64,000 nt of DNA from Nitrososphaeraceae archaeon (GCA_044870765.1 JBIOZG010000043.1:40080-104079); one strand, 5' to 3'. Positions 50,058-60,525 are shown, numbered from the stretch's first letter. Notes: generated from the letters alone by a model not told the origin. Numbers and translations are program-made.

Positions 50058-50561
50058 CTACTTCCAGTGCCATTGTTTAAGAGCATAATTTCCATTCTCA
50101 TCATATCCTCCCTTAAATATTACTACTACATTATTCAAAAAGGATAGTTTCCCTGTGGAATTTGTGCTGTATACTGAAGCGCCCTGATAGTCTGTACCAT
50201 TTCCCACTTCTATGAATGTATAGTTTGCCGATTCACTGCCGTCCTTGGTCGATATTACTCCTTTACCTTGATCAAATGTCACATTGTTACCTTTGGAGAC
50301 GCTGATATATTCCCCTTTTTTATTGTATTCTATGTTACCATTCAGTATGCCACTAGAAGTAAAGGTGTATTCAGTCCTGTTAGGTCCCAGTTCTCTCTTA
50401 ATGGTATCCCCACCCTTTTCTACAAAAATAGGATCTCCTAATGTTTCTCTCTGAGCAGATCCAATATTGAATAGGTAAGTATAAGATCCTGTTCCTCCAA
50501 TAAGTAATAATATGAGCGCAATTCCTGCTGTAACACTGATAGTGAATCCCTTTTTATTCAT
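50058..50561 (-). CDS. Secreted beta-rich hypothetical protein
   Basis: Signal/TM segment; G.G.I.T.DG.E.A.YTF, TNSTGKLSFLNN and terminal W.WK. Confidence 0.75.
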   Translation of the reverse strand: MNKKGFTISVTAGIALILLLIGGTGSYTYLFNIGSAQRETLGDPIFVEKGGDTIKRELGPNRTEYTFTSSGILNGNIEYNKKGEYISVSKGNNVTFDQGKGVISTKDGSESANYTFIEVGNGTDYQGASVYSTNSTGKLSFLNNVVVIFKGGYDENGNYALKQWHWK

Positions 50562-50888
50562 TTATGATATTGAATAGGTTAAGAACTATTTAAGATGAGC
50601 TGGAAAGTCTCTAAAATAACGATGGGATCATCACATATGTCTATAACGGCGTCTTCAACACTGCTTTCTGCAATGGTTATACTGGTCACGCCAACCCAAT
50701 ACAAGCAGACACTAGCCTAACCTCGCTTAGTAGTGCCACCCTTCTCTCAATGCATGCTTTGTAAGCGCACGTGATTGTAATAAATCTATGTAGTGTATGG
50801 GTGGCGATAGGAAACGCGTTAAATCCCCCTTTTTTGAGCAGATAAATTTGCAACAAACCAAGGCTAACCATAAATACTTTAGAGTAAT

Positions 50889-52097
50889 ATGGATTACATG
50901 GGTAGAAAATCTCTAGAGATCATATCTTCTCTAATTTTAGTAACGGGAATCATATCGTTAAATTTTGATTCAGTTCAAGCAGAAAGTGAGGATGAGAAAG
51001 CGAAGCAAGATATCACAAAATCCATCGGAAGTGCTGTAGAAGGCAGCTGGTCATCGATTGAGATGATAAATATATCAAAGCTCTTTGCCAATGACCCAAT
51101 TACAGTTTATAATAAGACTTTAGGGATTGAAGGTTCTCAGGAATGCCAGGAAAATGAAAATTTGGAGAATGGAGTATGTGTACCTGACGCATCGCGACCT
51201 AAAGAAATTTGCGATGACGGAAGCGATAACGATAGGGATGGTAATATTGATGAAAATTGTAAAGAATTACCTTCGGCTCGAGATCACACGAGTGTAATAC
51301 TGGCTGGTGATCTTAAACGTGATTCAGGTGATTCAATTGCAAACGCAATTAATAAGATAGTACCAAATCTATTTGTGGGGTTAGGAGATTTAGGTTATGA
51401 TAAAACTTTAGATTGGTTTAGGGAATCCTTCACAAAAGATACGCCTGACGGTCTGGGAAATCGTGCCACATGTATAATAGGTAATCATGATGAGAAAGAG
51501 AAATTCCCTAATGAGGATCCACCAATAATTGAACAAGCAATTGAAACTTGTGGAACCGGTTGGTATGCCAAAATTGCAAATGGGACTACATTGATCCTTG
51601 GATTTAATACAATCGATGATGCTCTTGCTATTCCAGAAGGCAGTCAGATAAAAATGGCAGGCAGTGTTTTATCTAATTCCACATTCACGGAAGGTGTTAA
51701 AAATATCTTTATCTTAACTCATAAACCATGTTTTACTCATCCGAATAGTGATCATGACGTAAACGAAAGTCCAGCAACAAAGAGGTTCTGTGGAGAACTT
51801 CGCAATAACCTTTCTGCCGAAGTATCAGAAGGTGTTAAAATATTATACATATCAGGACACAACCATGAAATAGCAAGCAGCAAAGATGAGACGAAGTTTG
51901 TTTCAGGTGGAGGCGGACAAGATTCACATCAAGAGTGTGGTACTGACAATGACTGGAATTTCTGCAGTATGAAATTTGGATTTCTGGAATTCAGAATTGA
52001 TAACAAAGATGGGTCATATGACTGGGACTTCCTGGACGAAAATGGTGAAGTCATACATGGTAGCGCAATATCGGGGAATGATAACAACAATGGTTGA
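50889..52097 (+). CDS. Secreted metallophosphoesterase (calcineurin-like)
   Basis: AGD, GDLGY, GNHD, THKP and GHNH motifs; one EICDDGSDNDRDGNIDE unit. Confidence 0.88.
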   Translation: MDYMGRKSLEIISSLILVTGIISLNFDSVQAESEDEKAKQDITKSIGSAVEGSWSSIEMINISKLFANDPITVYNKTLGIEGSQECQENENLENGVCVPDASRPKEICDDGSDNDRDGNIDENCKELPSARDHTSVILAGDLKRDSGDSIANAINKIVPNLFVGLGDLGYDKTLDWFRESFTKDTPDGLGNRATCIIGNHDEKEKFPNEDPPIIEQAIETCGTGWYAKIANGTTLILGFNTIDDALAIPEGSQIKMAGSVLSNSTFTEGVKNIFILTHKPCFTHPNSDHDVNESPATKRFCGELRNNLSAEVSEGVKILYISGHNHEIASSKDETKFVSGGGGQDSHQECGTDNDWNFCSMKFGFLEFRIDNKDGSYDWDFLDENGEVIHGSAISGNDNNNG

Positions 52098-52360
52098 TCA
52101 TTCGTAATTACAAATGGGTAACTATTCACCCATCAAATTGGCGAATTTAATCAAAGCATTTTGTCGATGGTCCTTTATACTTTATACTAAACGTGAAGGA
52201 ACAAATGGTCTCCCGTAGAAAAAGTTCACAAGGTGATAAGACGGTAACGTTAGATTTAACAAAAATTTATATTTCTTAGTAAAATCATTTTTTTTTCAGA
52301 ATTTCTATTTTCTAATCTGTGATTAAATTGACACTAATTCGAATTGCTCATTTGACGAGG

Positions 52361-52444
52361 AAAAACTTAAAGCTAAGTTGTTTCTAATATGTAGTAGAAT
52401 CCAGTAACAGGACTAATTTTGTTGCTCATATCGACGGGCCCGTA
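52361..52444 (+). repeat. att-like site C1, ending in an exact copy of the tRNA-Lys 3' end
   Basis: aaaaacttaaagcta..tatgtagtagaatcc..actaattttgttgc..tCGACGGGCCCGTA. Confidence 0.85.
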
Positions 52445-52485
52445 ATAAAATTAGTTCTCAAAAAGGATTCTAGGATAATAGAAAA

Positions 52486-52593
52486 ATGAGTAAAGAACTA
52501 ACAGAATTTGATTCAGATCCTCATTCCCTCTTCCTATTTGCATTAAATTCACCATCAACGAAGGAAAATATGCTTAAGAAAACAAATTCTTAG
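52486..52593 (+). pseudogene. Probable tyrosine integrase relic (N-terminal ~27 codons)
   Basis: MSKELTEFDSDPHSLFLFALNSPSTKE, with KY restored by one added A. From memory this resembles the DP.SLF..AL.SP.TKEKY start of Nitrososphaerales integrases. Lies 41 bp after site C1. Confidence 0.6.
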
Positions 52594-52769
52594 ACGTAAA
52601 ATAAAGGTTCTTGAGTTTTGAGAATACAGGTAATATTTTACTTGAATTCTGTTCTATCAATTAAAGTCAGACATTCAGAATTAGGTTTCAGGAATTAGTT
52701 TGAAATAAGTAGTTTCCTGTCCCCGAAGGCCCAAGGTCATTAATGAAATGATTTATCACAATCGCCTAA

Positions 52770-54074
52770 TTATTTAATTTTCGCTCTAATAACCTTAGCC
52801 AAATCAATTGGATAACCTTCAATTTGTTTGTCCTCTTTTCCTACTTTATTTTTGAATTGCTTAAATATATGTTCATAAATTTCATTTCTAAATTTATTTT
52901 TGTCTGCGCTATTTATCCCCTTCAATATGTTTATGATTTCATTAGTTTCTTCGTTGTGACTATATTTGGAAGTTTGAGTGTCGTATGTGCCGTACTTTAA
53001 TTTTAGCAAACGCGCAAATTCGAGGGTGGTTGATAAGGCATGTGCTGCACCAAGAGATCTTGCATTCTGTCTGGCCATTATCCATTGAGAGCTTTGAGGA
53101 CCCAAATCCCGATAAGCAGATTTTAATACTTTGCTCAATGCCTTAAGCCGGAGCTTGTTGTCTTTTGCAAGGGCTTCTATTTTTGGCCAAGCTTCTTGTC
53201 CTGACCAGGACTGAATGCTGTTCTTAAATTTACCTGTGGTGTTAATAGTGAAGTCGTTAATCCCAAATTCAGACTCTTTTGAAAATGTCAATTTGTAGGC
53301 TAAAGTTCTCGAATATCCACTAGCATAGTTATCCCCCAGCACTTCCATTTTTCCTTCCGCCTCTGCCGTCATTCCTTTGATAAACATGTATAGAGGAACA
53401 GCTATAACGAGGGCGACAAAACCTACTGTCGAAACTACCACATTTAATGCTGTCGCGGTACCCGCGGATGTAGTCCATATAGCCGAAATCATGGATGGAA
53501 TTACTCTTTGTATAGCAGTCCAACCCCTCTTTATGGCAATATCCCAGGCGATATTTTTCCAATTGGGGCCGATAATAGCGGATAGAACCAATTTTCCTCC
53601 TCCTTCGAGCACCCAATTCCCTATCGTAACCGACTTTGTAAAAGGTATCTCGTATTTTGCCTCAAATAGAGCTGTCCAATTTAATTTCGCATCAAACTTA
53701 AAGACTCCATTTCCGAAGTACTTTGTCTCCACTCCAAGCCCGACACTTTCTCCAGGTGTGATAGTACCTCTTAATGCAAGATTGTCTGAAATCTCATGCT
53801 TTGCAATAATCGAAAATTCCTTACCAGCTTTGTCAGGGTCATATTCAATTCTTACATCAGCAGCGTTCTTATTCTTAATCTTTCCATTTACTTCCAATTT
53901 AATCCGCATTCGAATAGAAACATACTTAAAATCAAATGATCTCTCGCCAAGATCTACTAATGTCGCTTTTGCTGAAAACGAAGGAACAAAAGACTCTAAA
54001 TCTTCTCTAAGAATTTCTGTTTCTCTATTATAGTAACCCTCTGTCTCTTTGAATAAGATTTCTCGTTCTTGCAT
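52770..54074 (-). CDS. Hypothetical protein with beta-rich N-half and a hydrophobic helical segment
   Basis: 434-aa ORF, 12 bp downstream of the 54087 gene; charged N-terminus and a hydrophobic stretch LNVVVSTVGFVALVIAVPLYMFI. Confidence 0.8.
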   Translation of the reverse strand: MQEREILFKETEGYYNRETEILREDLESFVPSFSAKATLVDLGERSFDFKYVSIRMRIKLEVNGKIKNKNAADVRIEYDPDKAGKEFSIIAKHEISDNLALRGTITPGESVGLGVETKYFGNGVFKFDAKLNWTALFEAKYEIPFTKSVTIGNWVLEGGGKLVLSAIIGPNWKNIAWDIAIKRGWTAIQRVIPSMISAIWTTSAGTATALNVVVSTVGFVALVIAVPLYMFIKGMTAEAEGKMEVLGDNYASGYSRTLAYKLTFSKESEFGINDFTINTTGKFKNSIQSWSGQEAWPKIEALAKDNKLRLKALSKVLKSAYRDLGPQSSQWIMARQNARSLGAAHALSTTLEFARLLKLKYGTYDTQTSKYSHNEETNEIINILKGINSADKNKFRNEIYEHIFKQFKNKVGKEDKQIEGYPIDLAKVIRAKIK

Positions 54075-54086
54075 TTATCTTTACCC

Positions 54087-55394
54087 TCACAATCTATTTG
54101 GAAGATCATGTGATACTACTGGATCAACTGATATCCAGTTTTTATCAGTGAGGTCGATCCCAGTCGCCTCTTTGAATGAAGCTATGAAATGTTCCACCAA
54201 TGGTTCTACAATGTCTAGAAAGATCTTTAAGTTATCTATTGGACTTTGCGTATTCCAATAAGTTTCGTCTTTAGAAAGAATGCATAGAATAAAGTCTGTC
54301 AAATCATTAGCACAGTCAATATAAATTTTGGTTTTACTTATTTCCGATGGTGCACCTATTTTATTGAAGAGAATCGTGTTTCTTGCAGAGTCTACAATAT
54401 CCTCGAATCTTGTCTGTTGACTAACGCCTGTTTCCTTGGATGTTAGCAAGACCAACCAAAAGCCAGCCAACTTCCAAACAGTAGAAGAGACTGTATTGTG
54501 TGCATTCGTACCGCTTCTGAATCTTTCAGAAGATCTCCTTAAAAGTTCTATGGATGTGCGTATTGAGGCCAACGTTTGTTGAGATTCTTTTTTATTTGCA
54601 ATTGCCTCAATCGTTTGTACAACCCTTCTGTAGTTGTAAAAATTTTCTATTTTTGCTACAAGCTGGAGTGCAATAGACATTCCAGGCGAAATCTGCATAT
54701 CCGATAACTTAAGTCCAGAATAGGAGCCGTCTATTCGCATACCCAACATTTTCAAAGATACAGCCGTGCGTTGTCGCCTTCTTGAGCTGACTCCCTTATT
54801 GACTTCATTTATCATAATCTGGGAAATTCCTCCTGCCCAGTCGTCATAAAGAATAGGAAACTTACCACCAAATTCTTGATCACTCAAAATTCCTCCTGAA
54901 ATTTTGTCAATGTCTGTTCTCTCAATAAACCAGTTCCAAAATGCATCCGCGTATAATATGTTCTTGATTTTTTCGGTCGAAGTTCCGTCCAGCATCTTTA
55001 TGGCTCTGTCTCCCTCCAAGGAAAGATCAGAGCAGGGTAAGCAGCAATCGTATTGATAAGATGATATAGCCCCCGTTGCCTTGGACTCTGACTTTTTTGA
55101 GGGTTGCGTACCGGAACTCGATGATTTGGGATCTATAGAATCTTTCAACATATTACGAACACTGTCGGTAGCGGTTAACCCTCGTCTAGTACGCGGGAAA
55201 AAGCGCAGATAAAGCGCGATTAAAGTCTGAAACGCTTCTTCTAGCCCTTGTCGAGGACTATCAGTGATTCCGGAAAGTATTCTGTCCCAGCAGGCTTCGA
55301 TCAAGGGAGGGTATGGTGGTATTTGATTATTTGACAACGCATCTATAATTTCCCCTTTGACAGTCTCTATTTGTTGATCAGTATTGTTAGACAT
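54087..55394 (-). CDS. Hypothetical protein
   Basis: 435-aa ORF, helical, ILYADAFWNWFIER...GKFPI...RQR..LG segment. Confidence 0.82.
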   Translation of the reverse strand: MSNNTDQQIETVKGEIIDALSNNQIPPYPPLIEACWDRILSGITDSPRQGLEEAFQTLIALYLRFFPRTRRGLTATDSVRNMLKDSIDPKSSSSGTQPSKKSESKATGAISSYQYDCCLPCSDLSLEGDRAIKMLDGTSTEKIKNILYADAFWNWFIERTDIDKISGGILSDQEFGGKFPILYDDWAGGISQIMINEVNKGVSSRRRQRTAVSLKMLGMRIDGSYSGLKLSDMQISPGMSIALQLVAKIENFYNYRRVVQTIEAIANKKESQQTLASIRTSIELLRRSSERFRSGTNAHNTVSSTVWKLAGFWLVLLTSKETGVSQQTRFEDIVDSARNTILFNKIGAPSEISKTKIYIDCANDLTDFILCILSKDETYWNTQSPIDNLKIFLDIVEPLVEHFIASFKEATGIDLTDKNWISVDPVVSHDLPNRL

Positions 55395-55788
55395 ATACTT
55401 CCTATTTTATGCGAGTAATTAAGCATTTTTATTAATCATTTTCTTACGCGATGAGGATTTCATTTTCGTAGTAAAGATATTTTAGAATTAGAAGTAAAAT
55501 AGGGGATCAAATTTGTACAACCTATATTCTAAACAAAAATAAATCAAATAAGGAACAAGCTCAATTTCCTAAAATAATTAGGCTTGATGAGAATTTCTCT
55601 GGGTCATAACAAATCAGCAATATAATAAATATGCCATAGTTTTATGACTCTCAATTTTTGTATTGTTCAATTTGGAAGTTTGATAAGAAGCAGTGATATC
55701 TAGATATGTAGTTTTGACGTTCTGGATATTTTTGAGCGTGTGTTGAATACTTTGTTACTACTCATAAAGATAAACGAAAAAGAAATAA

Positions 55789-57069
55789 TCAGTATCTGTT
55801 TTGCAAAATGGCTTTCTGAATTTGAGACGATTGCCCTAATTTTAATAGCCATTCTGTCATCATTTTATCTAATATATCTTCACTTAGGTCACCCTTTTCT
55901 CTTACTAACCGAAAGACTCCAAGCTGGGCGCACGGGCGAAGTCCTTTAATATTAAGCGTTCCAGTTTTTGAAGACTCAACTATTCGTTCAATGTTTTCGG
56001 GTAGTAGAGATTTCATGTCGAACAAATTTGGCAATTTCTTCCCATCTAAAACGCTAAACTTTGTGCTCAATAAGGCTCTTGCTACAATCGGAACATACTC
56101 TCTACACACCTTAAGAACATCTGAATTTTTGGAAGCAAATTGAAGGGGATAAAGTGTATCCCATTCCTGCTTCCATAAATCCCACTGCCCTCTCCCCCAT
56201 AATTGCTTGCACCATTCAATCGATAGCAATATTCTGATATAGATGGCTGGATGTGGATCATCACTGGAGAAATGGAAGACTCTATTCGGAGGCAAAGATA
56301 ATAGTTCCTTAATGCTTAACGTTTGAGCCATTCCTGCACAACAAAATCCCCAGAAATCGGGACCTATTTCTGAACTCCAGAGACTGTACAATTTTATTAT
56401 TTCTCTAGGTGCGCCCTGATGTATAAGGGCTGCCTCAAATACTTTGGGCAAAGTATGATTCATACCCAGCCTCGCTAAGGCATCATGTCCTACTTCATGA
56501 ATTACTGATGTCAAATCATACTTTGTAATAAATCGAGAATAGGGAATCTGAATTAGAGGAACGGGATTCTTAATTCCCCCAGGAAATGTGGCCCCAGCTC
56601 TAATTATTAATGCGCCAAAACCTCGTTCACATGATACTATAGGTTTCTCCAATTCAGTAAAAATACGATGATTTATGGATAAAGCATCTTCAGCCAGTCT
56701 ATCACATCCCTTCAACTGACTTCCCAAAGAGTGTATCCTCCGTTGACTCAATATATCCATATAAGTATCAAAGAAAACCATAATGTCCGTTAATTCCATT
56801 TCGATTCTCCCTAACAGAACGTTTAGTTTACGTGCAACATCTGGAATATGGAGAAATGGTAAATATCCTCCTCCATGGATCTTCAAATGAGAGATTAATC
56901 GATTCTCAACCGCGGCAAGTGGTAACTGAATCGCATCCCACTGATTCTGATCTATGTTTTCGGTTTGAGATAGCCCTAGAATTTTCCTAAGTGTGGATAA
57001 AAACTTAATTCTCCTGAGAGTAGTCTGGTAACGCCTTTGAAGGTTATTAACATCAATATACAAGGACAA
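55789..57069 (-). CDS. Putative HEXXH zinc metallopeptidase
   Basis: VIHEVGH, downstream W..EI..D (third ligand, gluzincin-like) and DPHP...R (M48-like). Confidence 0.78.
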   Translation of the reverse strand: MSLYIDVNNLQRRYQTTLRRIKFLSTLRKILGLSQTENIDQNQWDAIQLPLAAVENRLISHLKIHGGGYLPFLHIPDVARKLNVLLGRIEMELTDIMVFFDTYMDILSQRRIHSLGSQLKGCDRLAEDALSINHRIFTELEKPIVSCERGFGALIIRAGATFPGGIKNPVPLIQIPYSRFITKYDLTSVIHEVGHDALARLGMNHTLPKVFEAALIHQGAPREIIKLYSLWSSEIGPDFWGFCCAGMAQTLSIKELLSLPPNRVFHFSSDDPHPAIYIRILLSIEWCKQLWGRGQWDLWKQEWDTLYPLQFASKNSDVLKVCREYVPIVARALLSTKFSVLDGKKLPNLFDMKSLLPENIERIVESSKTGTLNIKGLRPCAQLGVFRLVREKGDLSEDILDKMMTEWLLKLGQSSQIQKAILQNRY

Positions 57070-57084
57070 ACAATTATTGGGTAA

Positions 57085-57861
57085 TTAGTATTTGCGCCTT
57101 CGCCTGACTACTACATATTCGCCGGGTCCTAGGTAGATTGTTCTCCTTCTTTTACCTCTTCTGCGAAATGATCTGGTGGCATTTTGATTTCTTATTCTAG
57201 AAGCTGCACTACGGAATGCTTGAGAAGCCAATTGATTTGCAGCAACCGGATCAGTGGTAGCAGCTTTATTCATGTTGTTTAAAATATTTTCATACATAGC
57301 TTCGCTAAGTTGGGTAAATTCTTTCCATCTGTCGAGGCTGTTTCCAGCAATTTCAGCTGTTTCTGAAATTCCCAAAAGCTTCAAAAGCGGACGAGCTGGG
57401 GCTAAAGCTGGATGTACTGTAATAATATTAAGTAAGGCGCCTCTGAGTGGCTCCCTTGCCATCATTCTTATCAATATCAGTGCGCTCTTTATTATTTTCA
57501 ATGGATTTCCTGGAATTGCTCCTCCGACCAATTTACTCAAGAGATTCTTAACTACTCCTCCAGTTAATTTGCCAAGAAAATATTGTTTCTCGACTTCATT
57601 GAGTATTCCATCAACTTCTGCATTTCTTGATTCGGGTGATTCAAATTGTTTTTCTTGTAATTCAAGAAAGCGCTGAGCTAGATAATTTGTAGTAGAATCA
57701 GATTCCATGGTCGCTTCTGCACCTTGTTCCATTTCCAGTTCAAATTCCTCATTTGTTTCTCCTAAAGGCTCTTCAAATTCCTCATTTGTTTCTCCTAAAG
57801 GCTCTTCAAATTCCTCCAAGCTTTCCAATTCACTTTCGTATTGTCCTTCTAAAGTAGACAT
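57085..57861 (-). CDS. Hypothetical protein with acidic repeat N-terminus and Arg-rich C-terminus
   Basis: EEFEEPLGETN repeats, amphipathic basic helices, RRRGKRRR...RRRRKY tail; 15 bp from the peptidase gene. Confidence 0.82.
   Translation of the reverse strand: MSTLEGQYESELESLEEFEEPLGETNEEFEEPLGETNEEFELEMEQGAEATMESDSTTNYLAQRFLELQEKQFESPESRNAEVDGILNEVEKQYFLGKLTGGVVKNLLSKLVGGAIPGNPLKIIKSALILIRMMAREPLRGALLNIITVHPALAPARPLLKLLGISETAEIAGNSLDRWKEFTQLSEAMYENILNNMNKAATTDPVAANQLASQAFRSAASRIRNQNATRSFRRRGKRRRTIYLGPGEYVVVRRRRKY
57739..57816. repeat. 33-bp coding tandem repeat
   Basis: ttcaaattcctcatttgtttctcctaaaggctc x2.4. Confidence 0.9.
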
Positions 57862-58259
57862 CTGTACACTTGTACAGGGTGTAAATAAATAAGGATTGCT
57901 GCTATGAAGGCATTTTCATATAAATAATTTGAATGTAATGACAAAGAAAAGAAATGCAATACGAGATAGAGCGAATTTCACCTTCAATTCAAATGACAGA
58001 ATATTTGATTCATACAAAGCTAAACTTTAATGAATTTTTAAGCGTCAATCGATCCTAGAATTCATAAAAACCTCTTATGTAGAATACGAGACATTTGGAA
58101 GTTCTAAAAAATATAATGCATAAACTGAAATTTTATTCCTGCATGGGGAACGATACCACGAATTTATTTATTGGTATTGTTTGGTAGCCGCCAATAATCT
58201 CGAATACTTAATAATATATCTGTGTCTTGTATACATGATTAACTCGGGATGTATAGTGA

Positions 58260-59072
58260 GTGACTTTGAGAAAAAATAGAAGCAGGGTTCCTATGCCCGT
58301 TTTGTTTACATGCCCCCATGGCGGTAGAGGCAGATTAAAAGAAACCCCCGAAAGGCAGATTCGCAATTTGCCAAGCCCACCATGCAGTAGAAAAAAATTC
58401 AGTACAAAAAAGGATCGTCGTACAAAGGAGATTACAGAGAAAATTATTGAAAACATAATTAGATTAGGAAAAAGGCAGGTCTACCAACAAATAGCGGATA
58501 TCCATCGCGCATACGTGGATCTAAATAGAATACCAAGATGCGCTTTTGAACCATCGATAGATGATCTGCCCGCTGAAGTTTATGGCAAATATCACAACAA
58601 CATTATAGAAATAATCAACAATATGTATTTACAAAATAATACAGGACTACGCTTCCTCTTTGATATTCACGGTACGGAGGAGACAGAAGTCAAACTAGAA
58701 GATGGTTCTACTGTAAAGGTTGATGTTTTTTTCGGAACTGATAAAAAACATAAAAATACAATTTGTGGACTGTTGAAGATCAATCCTAATGCCCTGTGGG
58801 ATAACAACACTGGGTTGATACGATTGTTACAGATAAAAGGATACAATACATTCCCACGGGCAATAAACGAGAATGAATATTATAAATTGGATGGAGGGAC
58901 AACAATCCAAAAATATGGCGGATGCAATGTCAAGAAGAGGGTAGAGGCAATTCAGATTGAAGTCGGCCCACGTTTTCGGTTGAAAAAGAACTTGCGTGAA
59001 CGTTTCGCAAATGATATTGCTGAATGTATTTTCAAATTTTCATCTCGGTACATAGAAAAGAAATCCGAATGA
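58260..59072 (+). CDS. N-formylglutamate amidohydrolase family protein
   Basis: TCPHGG, D..T, R.YVDLNR, YH, FDIHG, GG.TI and AIQIE motifs. Confidence 0.8.
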   Translation: MTLRKNRSRVPMPVLFTCPHGGRGRLKETPERQIRNLPSPPCSRKKFSTKKDRRTKEITEKIIENIIRLGKRQVYQQIADIHRAYVDLNRIPRCAFEPSIDDLPAEVYGKYHNNIIEIINNMYLQNNTGLRFLFDIHGTEETEVKLEDGSTVKVDVFFGTDKKHKNTICGLLKINPNALWDNNTGLIRLLQIKGYNTFPRAINENEYYKLDGGTTIQKYGGCNVKKRVEAIQIEVGPRFRLKKNLRERFANDIAECIFKFSSRYIEKKSE

Positions 59073-59075
59073 CGG

Positions 59076-59106
59076 GGAAGCAAAATTTTTAGATGTTTTT
59101 GCTTCC
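59076..59106 (+). terminator. Stem-loop directly after the amidohydrolase stop codon
   Basis: ggaagcaaaa...ttttgcttcc, a 10-bp inverted repeat. Confidence 0.4.
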
Positions 59107-59932
59107 AGAATAACTTCCCCGCTTTTTACTGTATACAATGGCACTACATTGTCTATCGCGTTCTCATACATCACTCACATTATCTGAAAAATTTGTACTA
59201 AATATATTTCGGCGCCGAAAAAATTACTAGCTTAGGCGCCATCAACAAATTACTGGGAATGTACATAAAAACTATTACATCAATCATCTTCATCCTGGAA
59301 TCAACTATACAAACTGCCACACCAATGTATTACATGTTACTTATTAAAGAACAGAGCCGATCAGACAATAAACGATCAAGCAATATGTAATATCAAATGT
59401 AAAATGTCAATTAAAATGTACTTTTGAAACACATTATAATTTTAAATTATATTTTTATATTAATTGTTTTGTATTTTTGACAACTTTTAAATTGGAAAAA
59501 TAATTCATATATGAAAATTCTTGACTCTAGAAATCACATATGACAAAAAGAATCAGATATTATTACTGATAGGTAACACATTACCTTATTCAAGTTAGAT
59601 TTTCGGAGTCTATCAGGTGTTATTAGAGTAGATATCTAAATGGGTTAAGAACAGGATCAAAAAATGGTTTTCTGATGATCATTATAAGATACATGATAAG
59701 ATACTCGCTTAAACCCGACAATATGATACGAATTGTATATAATAAAAAGGTAGTTGCTGATGTTACCGTTACCCATATTGTGGATGTTTAATTACTTGAA
59801 GATGCTATTCATCATAATCTTATATCACAGTTTCTTTTGGTAATTGTTTACCACTCATTTTGCATCCAGAAATGCGTGGGAATTTAAGGTATTTTAAATC
59901 AAATTTGATAGATAGAAATGGGAGTTTTGAAG

Positions 59933-60012
59933 AAAAGTTTAAAGCTTACTAATCCTATTTAATACCAAGAATCCAATTTTAGAACCGATAGCGTCGTGGG
60001 TACCGACGAGCC
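59933..60012 (+). repeat. att-like site B2
   Basis: aaaagtttaaagctta...agaatccaattttagaaccgatagCGTCGtgggtacCGACGagcc. Confidence 0.88.
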
Positions 60013-60048
60013 TGTTTTTAGCTATTTTTTCGTTACCAATATGACATA

Positions 60049-60525
60049 TCACATTGGTCTTATTTCCATACCGTATTTAGCTACTAAATTAGGGATCCTT
60101 TGGATTTGTTCTTTGGTATATGGTGGAGGCTTTACATTAATGTCCGATACTTCAATGCCTATGTCTACGAAAAACTGCTCCATGCCCGGTGGAGATAGTA
60201 TTGTTATTAGTTTTGCAATCTCATCACTTTCATTTTTGAAAGTATGCAAAACATTTGGCGGAATATTAATGAACGTTCCGGGCTTAGCTTCAATTCTTTC
60301 CTTGTCCACCGTGAATGTTAATCGGCCTTCAACTAAGTAAAAACCTTCATGTTCACGTGTTTGAATGTGTGGAACAGGACCGGCTCCCGGAAAAACTTTA
60401 CACTCAATGAAGCTGTATGTTCCACCTGTGTCTTCCTTTGATGCAACAATTGTATTAATTTGACCAGGTACAGCAATATGTTTTCCTTTGTTGGGTTCAA
60501 CGATTTTTATTTTATTATTATTCAT
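60049..60525 (-). CDS. Cupin domain protein (quercetin dioxygenase-like)
   Basis: T.G.YS..E..V.PG.GP.PH....HEGFY..EG and IPPNVLHTFKN, PPGMEQFF. Confidence 0.88.
   Translation of the reverse strand: MNNNKIKIVEPNKGKHIAVPGQINTIVASKEDTGGTYSFIECKVFPGAGPVPHIQTREHEGFYLVEGRLTFTVDKERIEAKPGTFINIPPNVLHTFKNESDEIAKLITILSPPGMEQFFVDIGIEVSDINVKPPPYTKEQIQRIPNLVAKYGMEIRPM

Larger units (their letters stand above)
24728..52444. mobile_element. Composite genomic island at the tRNA-Lys 3' end, bounded by the 13-bp direct repeat CGACGGGCCCGTA; accessory DNA and related sites continue to at least 60920
   Basis: Exact repeat at 24728-24740 and 52432-52444; switch from core to accessory and decayed genes; integrase-like relic at 52486. 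Confidence 0.75.

Noticed and set aside
59207-59220. Palindrome TTTCGGCGCCGAAA as a recombination or operator site
   Set aside because: Single occurrence with no adjacent gene start or partner site; not enough support.
59520-59930. Decayed coding-like sequence upstream of site B2
   Set aside because: Multiple stops in all frames; no family can be supported by eye.
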